A model generated the notes under the pieces. The model made no database searches. It saw only the letters and a list, made by a program, of their open reading frames with translations, and was not told the DNA's origin. DNA of 53,638 bases. Origin: Syntrophobacterales bacterium (GTDB lineage Bacteria > Desulfobacterota > Syntrophobacteria > Syntrophobacterales > Thermodesulforhabdaceae). Position 1 is the stretch's first letter; each line of letters opens with the position of its first letter. Shown one piece after another: positions 1-9,377 of the stretch. The DNA is taken from assembly GCA_026992355.1 (NCBI GenBank), contig JALXAE010000178.1, positions 1 through 53,638 of the forward strand, given 5' to 3'. The position numbers and the translations under genes are program-made.

Positions 1-1131
1 TATGTAATTATGAAGCCTGACAATAGGATGCTGAATTTCTTCGTCAGTTTGATGCTTGAATCCGCCTGTTTTCCAAAAAAGGAATACAAGCAACGATCCT
101 CCAATCAAAGCGACCGCCACATCTGTAGAATCAATCGAAAACAACCTCTTCCGCAGTTCAGATAAGATAATATTTTCTGGTGCTGCGAACCCTACCCACA
201 GGTCGTCCTTTCCCTTGAAAAGTGGTAGCAAGGATGCGATCCATCTTTTTCCTTCAAGATTAACGGAAATAAATTTTTCCACAGGTTGCTTTTCCTCTTT
301 CCATTTTTCCACAATATGTGAAAGCAACTTTGTATTAAAGGATGAACTCCTTTCTACCCCAAGAAAATCCATTTCTCTGCTAGTGATGTAGTATCTTTTA
401 CGAGCGTTTAAGAGAAACAGTACCCCGTGCGTCTTATTTTCTGAGAGTGCGAGTATCTCCTGAACCTTGGCAAGGGGAATATCAAGAGCACAAACCATGA
501 AGCCTGGCTTGTTCCCACCCTTTGCCCAGGAAACAGATGCAGTTACACCACGCTCTTTTGATCCGTAAAATTGATACATGGGCGACCAGTGTATATTCCT
601 ATCTGATGTCGGTTTTCTAAACCATGGTTGTTTGCGGGGATCGTAGTCCGAGTTTTCTTCCCATTCTTTGAGCGGAACATTTGGGCTTTTCCACTGATGG
701 AAAACCATCTTGCTTCCTTGGGGTAAAACTTTTGTTCTGCGGGTAATCCAAGCACCGTTATTTCTGTACAAAAAATATTCGTTTCCCTTTTCGTCTGCCA
801 GAATTACAACGCTAAACGACTTGTTACTAACGAGAAAGGGCATAAATTTTCTGTTGAGAGCCGGTGTATCTCCAAGCGTGAGGTTGCCGTTTCTTCCCAG
901 GTCATAAATAAACGATAACTTGCTGTTAACATCGTTAAAAAAGTCCCTAAGTTTTTCCACCTCATCTTGATTTGTCTCGGTTATAATTAAGACAGCAAAA
1001 TGATCCTGTGCTCTGAAATATTGGTAAAACTTCATTCCGAGTAGAATGACCAGGAACCCGATAAGCAGTAGACTTAGCGATGCTATAGTTCTAATTCTTT
1101 TTTTCTCTTTTTTATCCTTTCTTTTTGGCAT
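1..1131 (-). CDS. Membrane-anchored sensor-type protein, N-terminal 377 aa only (TM1, ~300-aa extracytoplasmic Cache-like domain, TM2, start of cytoplasmic part); 3' end lies outside the window
   Basis: Not in the supplied ORF track because it is open at the window edge. Reverse-complement reading from ATG 1131-1129 stays open for exactly 377 codons to position 1 (MPKRKDKKEKKRIRTIASLSLLLIGFLVILLG...VAVALIGGSLLVFLFWKTGGFKHQTDEE...). Two hydrophobic segments bracket a soluble domain. The output domain is not visible. Confidence 0.6.
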   Translation of the reverse strand, partial: MPKRKDKKEKKRIRTIASLSLLLIGFLVILLGMKFYQYFRAQDHFAVLIITETNQDEVEKLRDFFNDVNSKLSFIYDLGRNGNLTLGDTPALNRKFMPFLVSNKSFSVVILADEKGNEYFLYRNNGAWITRRTKVLPQGSKMVFHQWKSPNVPLKEWEENSDYDPRKQPWFRKPTSDRNIHWSPMYQFYGSKERGVTASVSWAKGGNKPGFMVCALDIPLAKVQEILALSENKTHGVLFLLNARKRYYITSREMDFLGVERSSSFNTKLLSHIVEKWKEEKQPVEKFISVNLEGKRWIASLLPLFKGKDDLWVGFAAPENIILSELRKRLFSIDSTDVAVALIGGSLLVFLFWKTGGFKHQTDEEIQHPIVRLHNYI

Positions 1132-1283
1132 TAGTCTTTACCTTTTAAAAATCATGCTTAAATCGTGTTTATTCAATAGCCACCGACATTAGGGCAAAAA
1201 ACAAGTCCTGAGTGCTAGTCAAGCCTAACCCTAGCTTCATCAAATATGTTGCTTTTATTTCTCTTAGCCCTTGATTCTAGTTT

Positions 1284-2683
1284 TTAAGTCAGCATCGTGT
1301 CAATATTGCCGGTTGAATAGTGTTGGTAACACATTAATTGTCCGGTTTTGGGTTGTAGCGATGGCTGAAGTGGAGGTGTTTTTTTATATGCCATCAGTAT
1401 TACTCCACGTTGGATGTGCTTAATAAGGGGGCGCCGAGAATGGGCCCGCCATGTAGCCCGTCGGAGGCACTTGTCAAGAATATTGTGTCTGTTGGAGGAA
1501 TTTGGAATTGAACATTGTCTGAGTTCGTAGATGGTTTCTTTTACGGCCGGCATGGTTTTTTTCCATTTGCCCTTGCTTATTCTATCAATAGTTACGAATA
1601 TGGCCACTTCAGTGGTTTTTATTGACTGGAAATATCCTCCGCAGTTTAAGTTGAGCATTTCGAGCTTGTTGTTTAAGTTTTCCACTATGGCGTCTTACAG
1701 GCTCTGGATACTAAAGGAAAGAGAGGTAAAGTTCTTTTTTGCTGGAGAGGGCTTTTATGTAGATAGGGTATTTTGAATGGAGGTGTTTACACAGTTCCTC
1801 AGACCTTATCAAGGCATTATCATAGTCATTTTCGAGCCTGATTCTGGTCAGTTCCTGGTTGAATATCTTTGCATCGTGCTTGGACATATTTCTTCTGACA
1901 TTTCTTTGTAAACGGACAAAACAAAGCTGGTGATCTGTTCCAGGCAAAAGGGATTTTACAGCTTGTTGAAGTCCCGGGAAATCATCCGAGACCAGTATCA
2001 TAACTTTTTTCATACCCCGATGTATCATGTCATTTAGAATCTGGAGCCATCCACCCCTGCTTTCTGAACCGTAAAGGACATAATAGCCAAAGAGACTCTT
2101 CTTGCCCTCCATATCTATGCCAATGCAGCTGTAAATAACAGCTTTTCTTACTCTTTTGGTCTCCTCATCCTTTATCTGACAGTTATAAGCATCAATAAAA
2201 AGAGCAAATACTTCCTCCGGAAGTTCCCTGCTTCGAAGTTCTCGAGCTTTCCGGTAAAGCTCATCCTTAAGCTCATCTATCTGCTGAGGCGAATAGGGCA
2301 AGTTAAGAGATCGAAGCAAGGCCTTGAGTCTTGATGGGGAATAGCTCTGTAAGATCAGGTTTAATAATGAAATCCTGAAAAGCTCCATCAGCCCTTTTCC
2401 AGTGTTCAGGAAAAATCGCCGGTTTAAATAATCCATTCCTATTTCTGGGAACACTCAAATCCAGATTCCATAGACTGGCTAGAGATCTCGTATAATACCC
2501 ATTTACCTTATTGCCATCAGACACCTTCTGATTCCTGAGAAAAAACTCCATTTCTTTTTGCATAATCCAATTAAGAAGAACTTCTGTTACCTGCTTCAAA
2601 CCCTCTTCCGTCAAAACAAGCTTTCTCAATTCCTCCAAAAGCCTATTTACATCTGAGTTCTTCATTGGTACATCTACCTCCAT
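1284..2683 (-). mobile_element. IS256-family insertion sequence remnant; transposase broken into three reading frames (pseudogene)
   Basis: ORF 2683-2303 carries the IS256 N-terminal signature (NGYYTRSL...LSVPRNRNGLFKPAIFP). ORF 2454-1711 carries the DDE core (FIDAYNCQIKD...CIGIDMEGKKSLFGYYV...MILVSDDFPGLQQAV). ORF 1685-1284 carries the C-terminal motif (NLNNKLE...GYFQS...KWKK). The three pieces lie in different frames, so there are two frame breaks. I could not identify terminal inverted repeats. Confidence 0.7.
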
Positions 2684-2930
2684 ACAAAATATCCTTTTTA
2701 CCCTCTATAATCCAACAAACTAAAACAACCGATAAAAAGACACAATTTCTTGTATACTCCCTGGTAGTTTCTGACAGGGAGTAAATAGGGCTACCACACA
2801 AAAAACCCTTCTTTTTTTCGCGATAGAGTGAAAAAAAAATGAAAAGATGTGAGGTAAAGAAATGCAGTAACGATGAGCATTTAGAGGATGTTTGGGAAAG
2901 TTTTTGGAGTAATGATACATCAGTAGGGGG

Positions 2931-3003
2931 TGGAGATGACGGGATTCGAACCCGTGACCTCAGCCTTGCGAAGGCTGCGCTCTCCCACCTGAGCTACATC
3001 CCC
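2931..3003 (-). tRNA. tRNA-Ala (anticodon CGC)
   Basis: The reverse complement reads GGGGATGTAGCTCAGGTGGGAGAGCGCAGCCTTCGCAAGGCTGAGGTCACGGGTTCGAATCCCGTCATCTCCA. It folds as a cloverleaf with the G3:U70 Ala identity pair, anticodon loop TTCGCAA and T-loop GGTTCGAATCC. CCA is not encoded. Confidence 0.93.
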
Positions 3004-3193
3004 CTAATTGCTTTCTACTTATAAATACCAACTATACGATGTCAACAAAATCTTTTTCCACAGTTGTAAGTCTTTTCAAAAAAACACTGAAAATTTTTAT
3101 TGTAAATTGACCCAAGTTTTCGCATGAAAAATGACCCACCAGTGTTAAAGAGTCCCCCTATCATAGAGATAGGAAGGGATAGAGGTGATAAGC

Positions 3194-3322
3194 ATGGAAG
3201 ACTGGGTAACCATCAGAAACTTGAAGAAAAAACGTCCTGATTTGGGCAAGAGGAAAATCGCTGAGTTATTGGGCGTATCCAGGAACACGGTAAGGCGGGC
3301 TTTGAGGTTAATAATACTCTAA
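3194..3322 (+). pseudogene. 42-aa helix-turn-helix fragment resembling the N-terminus of an IS21-family IstA transposase (remnant)
   Basis: ATG 3194 to TAA 3320-3322 translates to MEDWVTIRNLKKKRPDLGKRKIAELLGVSRNTVRRALRLIIL. The pattern W..IR.L....S.R.IA..LG.SRNTVR..L is typical of the IstA HTH. It stops after the HTH and its 3' end overlaps the mog stop region. Confidence 0.35.
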
Positions 3323-3828
3323 GACGTACATTCCGTATCATCACCTTGAATCTTTTCTATAGCATGCTTTAAAGCCGGGGATATTACTCTATAATTTTCT
3401 ACAGCACCTTTTGGACTACCTGGCAAATTAACTATGAGTGTGGTTCCTCTTATACCAGCAACAGCTCGGGAAATCATAGCATGAGGAGTAATCTTCAAGC
3501 TCTCCATCCTCATAGCTTCAGCCATCCCAGGAATTTCCCTTTCTATTACCTCTTTGGTTGCTTCTGGTGTAACATCTCTTGGACTTACCCCAGTACCTCC
3601 ATTTGTTAAAATCAGATCGCAGGTGCGATTTTCGCACAAATAAGTCAAGGTATTGATTATGGTCGTCAAGTCGTCAGGAATGACAGTGTAATAAACAACA
3701 TTAAACCCCTCTTGCTCCAAAAGTTCTTTAAGACACTGTCCAGTCTTATCGTTCCTCTTCCCTTCAGAACACCTGTCGCTCACAGTAATAATGGCTGCCC
3801 TAAAATTCTTATCCGTACTACTCCCCAT
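3319..3828 (-). CDS. mog: Molybdopterin adenylyltransferase, MogA/MoaB family
   Basis: Motifs ITVSDR, TNGGTGVSPRDVTPEAT, PGMAEAMR and LIVNLPGSPKG match MogA. The start is moved to ATG 3828 (MGSS...) because GGAGG sits 5 nt upstream. The track start at 3840 is a TTG inside that RBS. Confidence 0.85.
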   Translation of the reverse strand: MGSSTDKNFRAAIITVSDRCSEGKRNDKTGQCLKELLEQEGFNVVYYTVIPDDLTTIINTLTYLCENRTCDLILTNGGTGVSPRDVTPEATKEVIEREIPGMAEAMRMESLKITPHAMISRAVAGIRGTTLIVNLPGSPKGAVENYRVISPALKHAIEKIQGDDTECTS

Positions 3829-3838
3829 GAATGCCTCC

Positions 3839-3875
3839 AAAAAAACAAGCGCGCCATTATGAGAAATGACGCGCT
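3839..3875 (-). terminator. Rho-independent terminator downstream of the EF-G gene
   Basis: On the minus strand the sequence is AGCGCG-(16 nt loop)-CGCGCT followed by TTGTTTTTTT. It lies between the EF-G stop (3907) and the mog RBS. Confidence 0.5.
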
Positions 3876-3906
3876 CTATATCTAAGATTTTTTATTTCAA
3901 GTTTTT

Positions 3907-5988
3907 TTATTTGCCCTCCTTTTCAGCTCGGGATTCTTCAATTATTTTTTCCTGAAGCTGAGCAGGAACCTCTTCATAGTGATCAAACTTCATGACGAAC
4001 ATTCCTCGCCCTGCTGTCATTGAACGGAGATCTGGAGCGTACCTTAAAACTTCGGCAAGAGGTACATGGGCTTTGATAATCTGTTTCTTACCCTTGCTCT
4101 CCATACCAAGGACCTTGCCTCTTCTGCCGTTCAAATCACCAATTACATCCCCCATACAATCATCCGGCACAGTGATTTCCATATACATGATGGGTTCCAG
4201 AAGAGTTGGCTTTGCTTCCGCAGCAGCCTTTTTGAAAGCCATTGAGCCTGCAATTTTAAAGGCGAGTTCTGAAGAGTCAACAGAATGGTACGAGCCATCA
4301 ACGAGTTCCACCTTGAAGTCAACCACCGGATATCCAGCAAGTATCCCTTCCTGGGCTGCTTCCACAATGCCCTTTTCCACTGCCGGAATAAACTGTTTGG
4401 GTATTACGCCACCAACTATTTTATCCACAAACTGAAATCCTTCGCCCCTTGGAAGAGGCTCTAGTTCAATCCAGCAATCACCATACTGTCCCCTACCGCC
4501 GGTCTGCTTTTTATACTTACCTTGAACCCGGGCCTTTCCTTTAACTGTCTCTTTGTAAGGAACCTTTGGAAGCCTAAGATTCACTTCCACCCCGAATTTT
4601 CTCTGGAGCTTATCCACTGTCGCTTCAATATGAATCTCCCCCATGCCCGACAAAATCATTTCTTTCGTTTCGTCGTTTCTTTCCAACTTAAGAGCAACAT
4701 CCTCTTCCATTAACCTTGCAAGAGACGAAAAGATCTTCTCTTCATCTCCCCGACTTTTAGGTTCCACTGCCAGAGAATAAACAACCGGTGGAAGCGGAAG
4801 CATTTCGAAAATAATTGGATTCTTCTCATCACACAGGGTATCGCCTGTAACTGTTTCTTTTAATTTAGCAACAGCTACTATGGCGCCAGGGCCTGCCTGC
4901 TCAATTGACTTCTGAGCTTTCCCTTGAAGAATTAAAAGGTTACCAAAACGCTCCTTGACCTTTTTGTTAGCATTAAACACTGTAGAATCAGGACTAAGTG
5001 TGCCTGAAAAAATGCGCATGATGGTTAACCGGCCAGCGTAAGGATCGCTGAGTGTTTTGATCACAAGAGCACTAAAAGGCTCATCAGGAAGGGGTTTCCT
5101 TTCAATTTCGTTACCGTCAAAGTCTTTGCCTTTTCTGGAACCTCTATCTGAAGGTGACGGAAAATACTTCTGGATCATATCCAAAAACTGTGCAATTCCT
5201 TTGTTGGCCACCCCGGAACCGCAGGCGATAGGCACAAGCTTGTGATTGACGACAGCCTGCTTAATTCCTGTCTCGATTTCTTCTGGAGTTAGTTCTTCTC
5301 CTTCAAGATATTTTTCCAATAGCTCATCGTCGGCTTCGGCTACCCGCTCAATTATCTGTTCTCTATACTGCTCCACTTGATCTACCAATTCATCAGGGAC
5401 ATCCGTTGTTTCAAATTTGCCTGTCTCATCCTCCGAATAAACAAAAGCTTTTTGATGCAAGATGTCCACAACTCCCTTAAAATCTTCTCCGCTTCCTATT
5501 GGAATCAAGAATGGAACACATACATCACCGAAATTACTCTGTATATCCTCTACTGTCTGCTGAAAATCAGCTCTCTCCCTGTCAATTTTGCTGACAAAAA
5601 CGAATCTGGGATGTTCCAAGGCATCAGCAATTTCCCATACCTTTTCGGTTTGTACCTTTACACCATCAACAGCATCAACCAGAACAATAATTCCATCTGC
5701 ACCATGGAGAGCGGTCTGGGTTTCCGCGATAAAATTAAAATCGCCAGGCGTGTCAATCAAATTAAAAGTGTGCTTATTCCACTCAAAGGTATAAAAGGAC
5801 GTGCTAATAGTAATCTTGCGTTTAACTTCCTCCGGCTCAAAATCCAACACGGAGTTTCCCTGGTCGACCTTGTTCAACCGAGTGGTTGAGCCGGACGTAA
5901 AAAGCATGGCTTCTCCAAGTGATGTTTTTCCGGCTCCCGCATGAGCAACCAGCGCAAATGTTCTTATCTTTCCAAAATCGTCTTTCAT
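3907..5988 (-). CDS. Elongation factor G family GTPase (EF-G paralogue, EF-G2-like)
   Basis: Full five-domain EF-G length with G motifs AHAGAGKTS, DTPG and SKID, and a C-terminal LEPIM...VP. The start is taken at ATG 5988 (MKDDFGKIRT) with GGGGAG 4 nt upstream. The track start at 6000 is a GTG within the RBS. Confidence 0.9.
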   Translation of the reverse strand: MKDDFGKIRTFALVAHAGAGKTSLGEAMLFTSGSTTRLNKVDQGNSVLDFEPEEVKRKITISTSFYTFEWNKHTFNLIDTPGDFNFIAETQTALHGADGIIVLVDAVDGVKVQTEKVWEIADALEHPRFVFVSKIDRERADFQQTVEDIQSNFGDVCVPFLIPIGSGEDFKGVVDILHQKAFVYSEDETGKFETTDVPDELVDQVEQYREQIIERVAEADDELLEKYLEGEELTPEEIETGIKQAVVNHKLVPIACGSGVANKGIAQFLDMIQKYFPSPSDRGSRKGKDFDGNEIERKPLPDEPFSALVIKTLSDPYAGRLTIMRIFSGTLSPDSTVFNANKKVKERFGNLLILQGKAQKSIEQAGPGAIVAVAKLKETVTGDTLCDEKNPIIFEMLPLPPVVYSLAVEPKSRGDEEKIFSSLARLMEEDVALKLERNDETKEMILSGMGEIHIEATVDKLQRKFGVEVNLRLPKVPYKETVKGKARVQGKYKKQTGGRGQYGDCWIELEPLPRGEGFQFVDKIVGGVIPKQFIPAVEKGIVEAAQEGILAGYPVVDFKVELVDGSYHSVDSSELAFKIAGSMAFKKAAAEAKPTLLEPIMYMEITVPDDCMGDVIGDLNGRRGKVLGMESKGKKQIIKAHVPLAEVLRYAPDLRSMTAGRGMFVMKFDHYEEVPAQLQEKIIEESRAEKEGK

Positions 5989-6229
5989 TGTGCTCCCCAC
6001 CCTTCGTCTTTTTGAAGAATCCCAAAATACAGAATTAACTGAACAGGTATGAGAAAATAGAGGATTATGCTCAATTTAGTCAAGGTATTTTAAGCTGAAA
6101 TAGAAAATTACATGAATCTTGGGGTTTTAATTAAAAATTCTTATGTTTATGATTTTATCTGCTATGGCAAAGTTACACAGAACAGGCGAGCAGATGGAAT
6201 TCTCCCATCCGCTCGAAAAAACCTCTCAA

Positions 6230-6712
6230 TTATGAGCTCAATTTAATGCATAGTTCAGCTACTCGCTTCCCGAGTTTTCTAGCATTGTCCGCTGTTTTTT
6301 CATCAGGTGCTCCAACACAGGCAACACCGTAATGTCCCGTTGCGTCCATGGGGTCTCCAACTATAATCATGCCGTAAATTAACATACACTGAATAATAGA
6401 TATCATAGTGGTTTCTTTTCCACCTGTGGGATCTCCGGAAGTGGTAAATGCAGCTCCCACCTTGTTCTCCATTTTCTTTCTTATTCCTACAAAATCATCG
6501 AATATTTTCTTGAGTTCCGCAGCCATTACACCAAAATAGACAGGAGAACCGGCTATAATACCGGCCGCTTCAAGAAAATCCTCTTTGGTGACTTCTTTGG
6601 TGCTTTTGAGAACGGCTTCAACACCCGACACCTTATTCACGCCTTCGGCAATAAATTCAGCTAATCTCCGTGTATTACCCCCTCTGGAATAGTACAAAAC
6701 CAACACCTTCAT
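6230..6712 (-). CDS. Flavodoxin-like fold FMN protein (WrbA/NAD(P)H-dependent FMN reductase type)
   Basis: MKVLVLYYSRGGNTRRLAEFIAEG... is the classical flavodoxin-like N-terminus, and SPVYFG is also present. ATG 6712 overlaps the TGA of the upstream rSAM gene (ATGA), and AAGGAGG sits 10 nt upstream. Confidence 0.8.
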   Translation of the reverse strand: MKVLVLYYSRGGNTRRLAEFIAEGVNKVSGVEAVLKSTKEVTKEDFLEAAGIIAGSPVYFGVMAAELKKIFDDFVGIRKKMENKVGAAFTTSGDPTGGKETTMISIIQCMLIYGMIIVGDPMDATGHYGVACVGAPDEKTADNARKLGKRVAELCIKLSS

Positions 6713-8004
6713 AACTCGCATACCTCCTTTGTGGGTTCATGTCTGTAAGACAGTTCCCTGCCAATTCGTTCTTGATGCATCCACTGTCCAAATAGTTTAC
6801 CATCAGCTATCAGACTTTCAAGAAATCGCTTCACAAAATCAGGAATGGGTTTGGTTTTTTTACCTGCCCACTTTGATCCTGGAAGAGGCATAAACGTATG
6901 AGCATGAATTCGTGCTCCCATTTCTATCAGAGTTTTTATCAAGTTCAGCGACTGAATGGCATCTTCAGGTTGTTCATGGGGTAAGCCAAAAATGAAATCA
7001 ACGGAAGGCCTAAAATTATTTTCAAGAAGAATCTGACAGGCATTAATAACATCTTCAACAGTATGACCACGATTCATGATATCAAGCATTCTTTGACTTC
7101 CACTCTGAGCACCAACGACCACTTGTTTATTGTTGCAAAACTCCTTCATTATTCTGACTGTATCCCTCGTTACAAATTCCGGTCGAACTTCAGAAGGAAA
7201 ACTTCCAAAAAAAATCCTGCCGGAGGACGGGAGTAGCTCCCGAATGTTATTTAGAAGTGCATACAGACTGGCTGTGTCAGGTTCTCTGCCATTCTTCGAT
7301 CCATATCCGAGAGCATTAGGTGTTATGAATCTAATATCTGCTCTGTTGTGCTTTACCATGAAGTTAACCGCCTCTAAAATTACATCTAGCTTTTTGTGCC
7401 TTACCCTTGCACCCTTTATCAATGGCGTTTCACAATATTTGCATTTAAAGGGACATCCCCTGGTAATTTCTATCGGCCCAAAGCGATATGGATTTCTGGG
7501 AAAGGGAAATAATGTTTCCCAACAACCAGAAAGACGTGCAGTCCCTTTCGACAGTTTGCCCTGTTTATAATAGTAAATATTCTCCGGTATGTGTTTAACG
7601 TTTCCAGTTCGTAAGAAACGCACGAATTCAACAATGGAAAATTCGCCTTCACCAACACATACAAAGTCAGCCCCACGGCGCAGGACATGCTTCACGGCAC
7701 CAGTTGGATGAGGTCCTCCGGCAAGAATTATGATCCTTTTCGCTCCACTGTACCTTGCCCTTAACAATTGCCATTCTTCTGCCACATTCTTCCACATGGG
7801 GGTTGCAAAGGAGTAAGCAAGTATTGGTACACTTTCGGGTGAACCAACAGCATTAGTGAAATTAACCCTGAAAAACTCTTCTTCTGGATGAGAAAAAAAT
7901 TCTATTCGTACAGAAGGCTGCACAAGTTGTTCCAGAGCAGCTAAAAGAGCCAGCACACTGTATCTGTTATCTTTAAACAATCTGAAGAAAATATTAATCT
8001 CCAT
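6709..8004 (-). CDS. Radical SAM enzyme with N-terminal B12-binding-like/Rossmann domain
   Basis: It has the CxxxCxxC cluster motif (TRGCPFKCKYCETP), an N-terminal domain ending in ILAGGPHPTG, and is 431 aa long. Substrate unknown. Confidence 0.8.
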   Translation of the reverse strand: MEINIFFRLFKDNRYSVLALLAALEQLVQPSVRIEFFSHPEEEFFRVNFTNAVGSPESVPILAYSFATPMWKNVAEEWQLLRARYSGAKRIIILAGGPHPTGAVKHVLRRGADFVCVGEGEFSIVEFVRFLRTGNVKHIPENIYYYKQGKLSKGTARLSGCWETLFPFPRNPYRFGPIEITRGCPFKCKYCETPLIKGARVRHKKLDVILEAVNFMVKHNRADIRFITPNALGYGSKNGREPDTASLYALLNNIRELLPSSGRIFFGSFPSEVRPEFVTRDTVRIMKEFCNNKQVVVGAQSGSQRMLDIMNRGHTVEDVINACQILLENNFRPSVDFIFGLPHEQPEDAIQSLNLIKTLIEMGARIHAHTFMPLPGSKWAGKKTKPIPDFVKRFLESLIADGKLFGQWMHQERIGRELSYRHEPTKEVCEL

Positions 8005-8154
8005 GTTCTTCGCTGCCTAAATACCATTTTCGCTATTTTTACAAACTTATACTCAGTCCAACAACTCAGGCACCATTGACATTAAGCAATAATACTGAAA
8101 TGGTAAACAGGCGACAGTTTTTTGTAACCGAAGCTCTTTAGGAGGACAAAACTA

Positions 8155-9135
8155 ATGATGATTCTTGCGTTCTTTGTTGCCGTTGTCGCCGGAATTTTTG
8201 GTCTGGTATGGGGAGCTGATAAGTTCATCGAAGGGGCAGTGCAACTTTCTAGAAAGTTTGCTATCTCCCCACTCATTGTTGGACTTACAGTAGTTTCTTT
8301 TGGCACTTCCCTCCCAGAACTAATAACCACTCTTACCGCAAACCTAACCGGCCACCCCTCAGTCGCAATTGGAAACGTAGTGGGTAGTAACATCGCTAAT
8401 ATTTGCCTAATCCTGGGAACAGCAGCCCTTTTCAAGCCACTTACGACAAGCGCGTCCATGATGAAGCGCGAATATCCATTTTTGGTGGTTATTTCGGTTA
8501 TAATATGGCTCATGTCCTTTAATGGATGGTTTGGCCGAGGTGATGGCTTCCTGTTGTGCTCTGGCCTGATAGGCTTTTTGTTGTGGATGGCGAAAAGTGC
8601 TAAAGACTCAGACATTGCCAGGTCTCTGGTAAAGGATGTGCCAAATGCACCAAACCTTTCAACTCAACATATCTTTCTGTACCTGACTGTGGGTTTAATT
8701 ATTTTGACAGCAGGAAGTCGTTCACTGGTATGGGGAGGCGTTGGAATAGCCAGGTGGCTTGGAGTAGATGAATTGATAATTGGGCTTTCTCTTGTGGCCA
8801 TAGGCACAAGCCTTCCGGAACTTGCCGCCTCCATCGCTGGGGTCATAAAAAAGGAACATGACATCGCCGTGGGAAACGTAATAGGTTCAAACATTTTCAA
8901 CACCCTGGCTATTCTGGGTATCCCTTCCGTTATAAGGCCCCTATACGTAACAAAAAATGCTATTGTAAGAGACATCCCAATCATGCTCCTGATTACTCTG
9001 GTGCTTTGGCCTATCGCAAAACCAAAAGCAAACAACGATGGAAAAATCAGCAGAAAAGAAGCTATTTTATTGCTAGGAATCTATGTTGCGTACATCTTTT
9101 TTATTTTCCTCAGAGAAAAAAGCAAAATAGGGTAA
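8155..9135 (+). CDS. Ca2+/cation antiporter, CaCA (YrbG-like) family
   Basis: Two alpha-repeat signatures are present (GTSLPELITT...GNVVGSNIANI and GTSLPELAASI...GNVIGSNIFNT). The protein is polytopic and GGAGG lies upstream of the ATG. Confidence 0.88.
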   Translation: MMILAFFVAVVAGIFGLVWGADKFIEGAVQLSRKFAISPLIVGLTVVSFGTSLPELITTLTANLTGHPSVAIGNVVGSNIANICLILGTAALFKPLTTSASMMKREYPFLVVISVIIWLMSFNGWFGRGDGFLLCSGLIGFLLWMAKSAKDSDIARSLVKDVPNAPNLSTQHIFLYLTVGLIILTAGSRSLVWGGVGIARWLGVDELIIGLSLVAIGTSLPELAASIAGVIKKEHDIAVGNVIGSNIFNTLAILGIPSVIRPLYVTKNAIVRDIPIMLLITLVLWPIAKPKANNDGKISRKEAILLLGIYVAYIFFIFLREKSKIG

Positions 9136-9377
9136 AAAATGAAGAAAATTATTAACTTATTCCTTTCCAGGGATAAAATATATTTTCGCAACAAAATCCA
9201 TAGCGGAGATTAAAAGTCACCAGATGAATTCGAAAGTGGGAGTAGCAGAAACAGAAAGGCTTATCAGCAAAAAACCGAGGCATTTGAATGTAGAATAAAG
9301 GTTTTCAGATTATTCCAATAGACGGTTAAGAGTGCTGCTGAATTTAGTTATTAACAGCGATTACACATAGGGGTGAG

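Noticed and set aside
1711-2683. Possible programmed frameshift in the IS256 transposase
   Set aside because: IS256-family transposases are normally single-ORF. Here there are two separate frame breaks (three pieces), which fits decay better than recoding.
2839-3024. 61-aa plus-strand ORF, and the 50495-50710 plus-strand ORF
   Set aside because: Both are translations across tRNA genes (GIRTRDL and GWDSNPRA correspond to the antisense of T-arms). They are not coding.
6187-6221. 10-bp hairpin (CGAGCAGATGG...CCATCCGCTCG) next to an A6 run downstream of the flavodoxin gene
   Set aside because: In the orientation of the only gene that could use it (minus strand), the U-tract precedes rather than follows the stem. 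On the plus strand there is no T-run. I therefore do not call it a canonical intrinsic terminator.
8082-8615. Long antisense ORFs inside real genes (for example 8082-8615, 12485-13045, 40535-41131, 5377-5889, 16704-17060, 43089-43568, 56-391, 543-755)
   Set aside because: Each lies opposite a gene with strong family motifs and lacks motifs and an RBS. They are typical shadow ORFs.
9139-9210. 23-aa ORF (MKKIINLFLSRDKIYFRNKIHSGD) in the antiporter-mnmG spacer
   Set aside because: It has no RBS and no motif, and it is AT-rich low-complexity sequence. It is probably non-coding.
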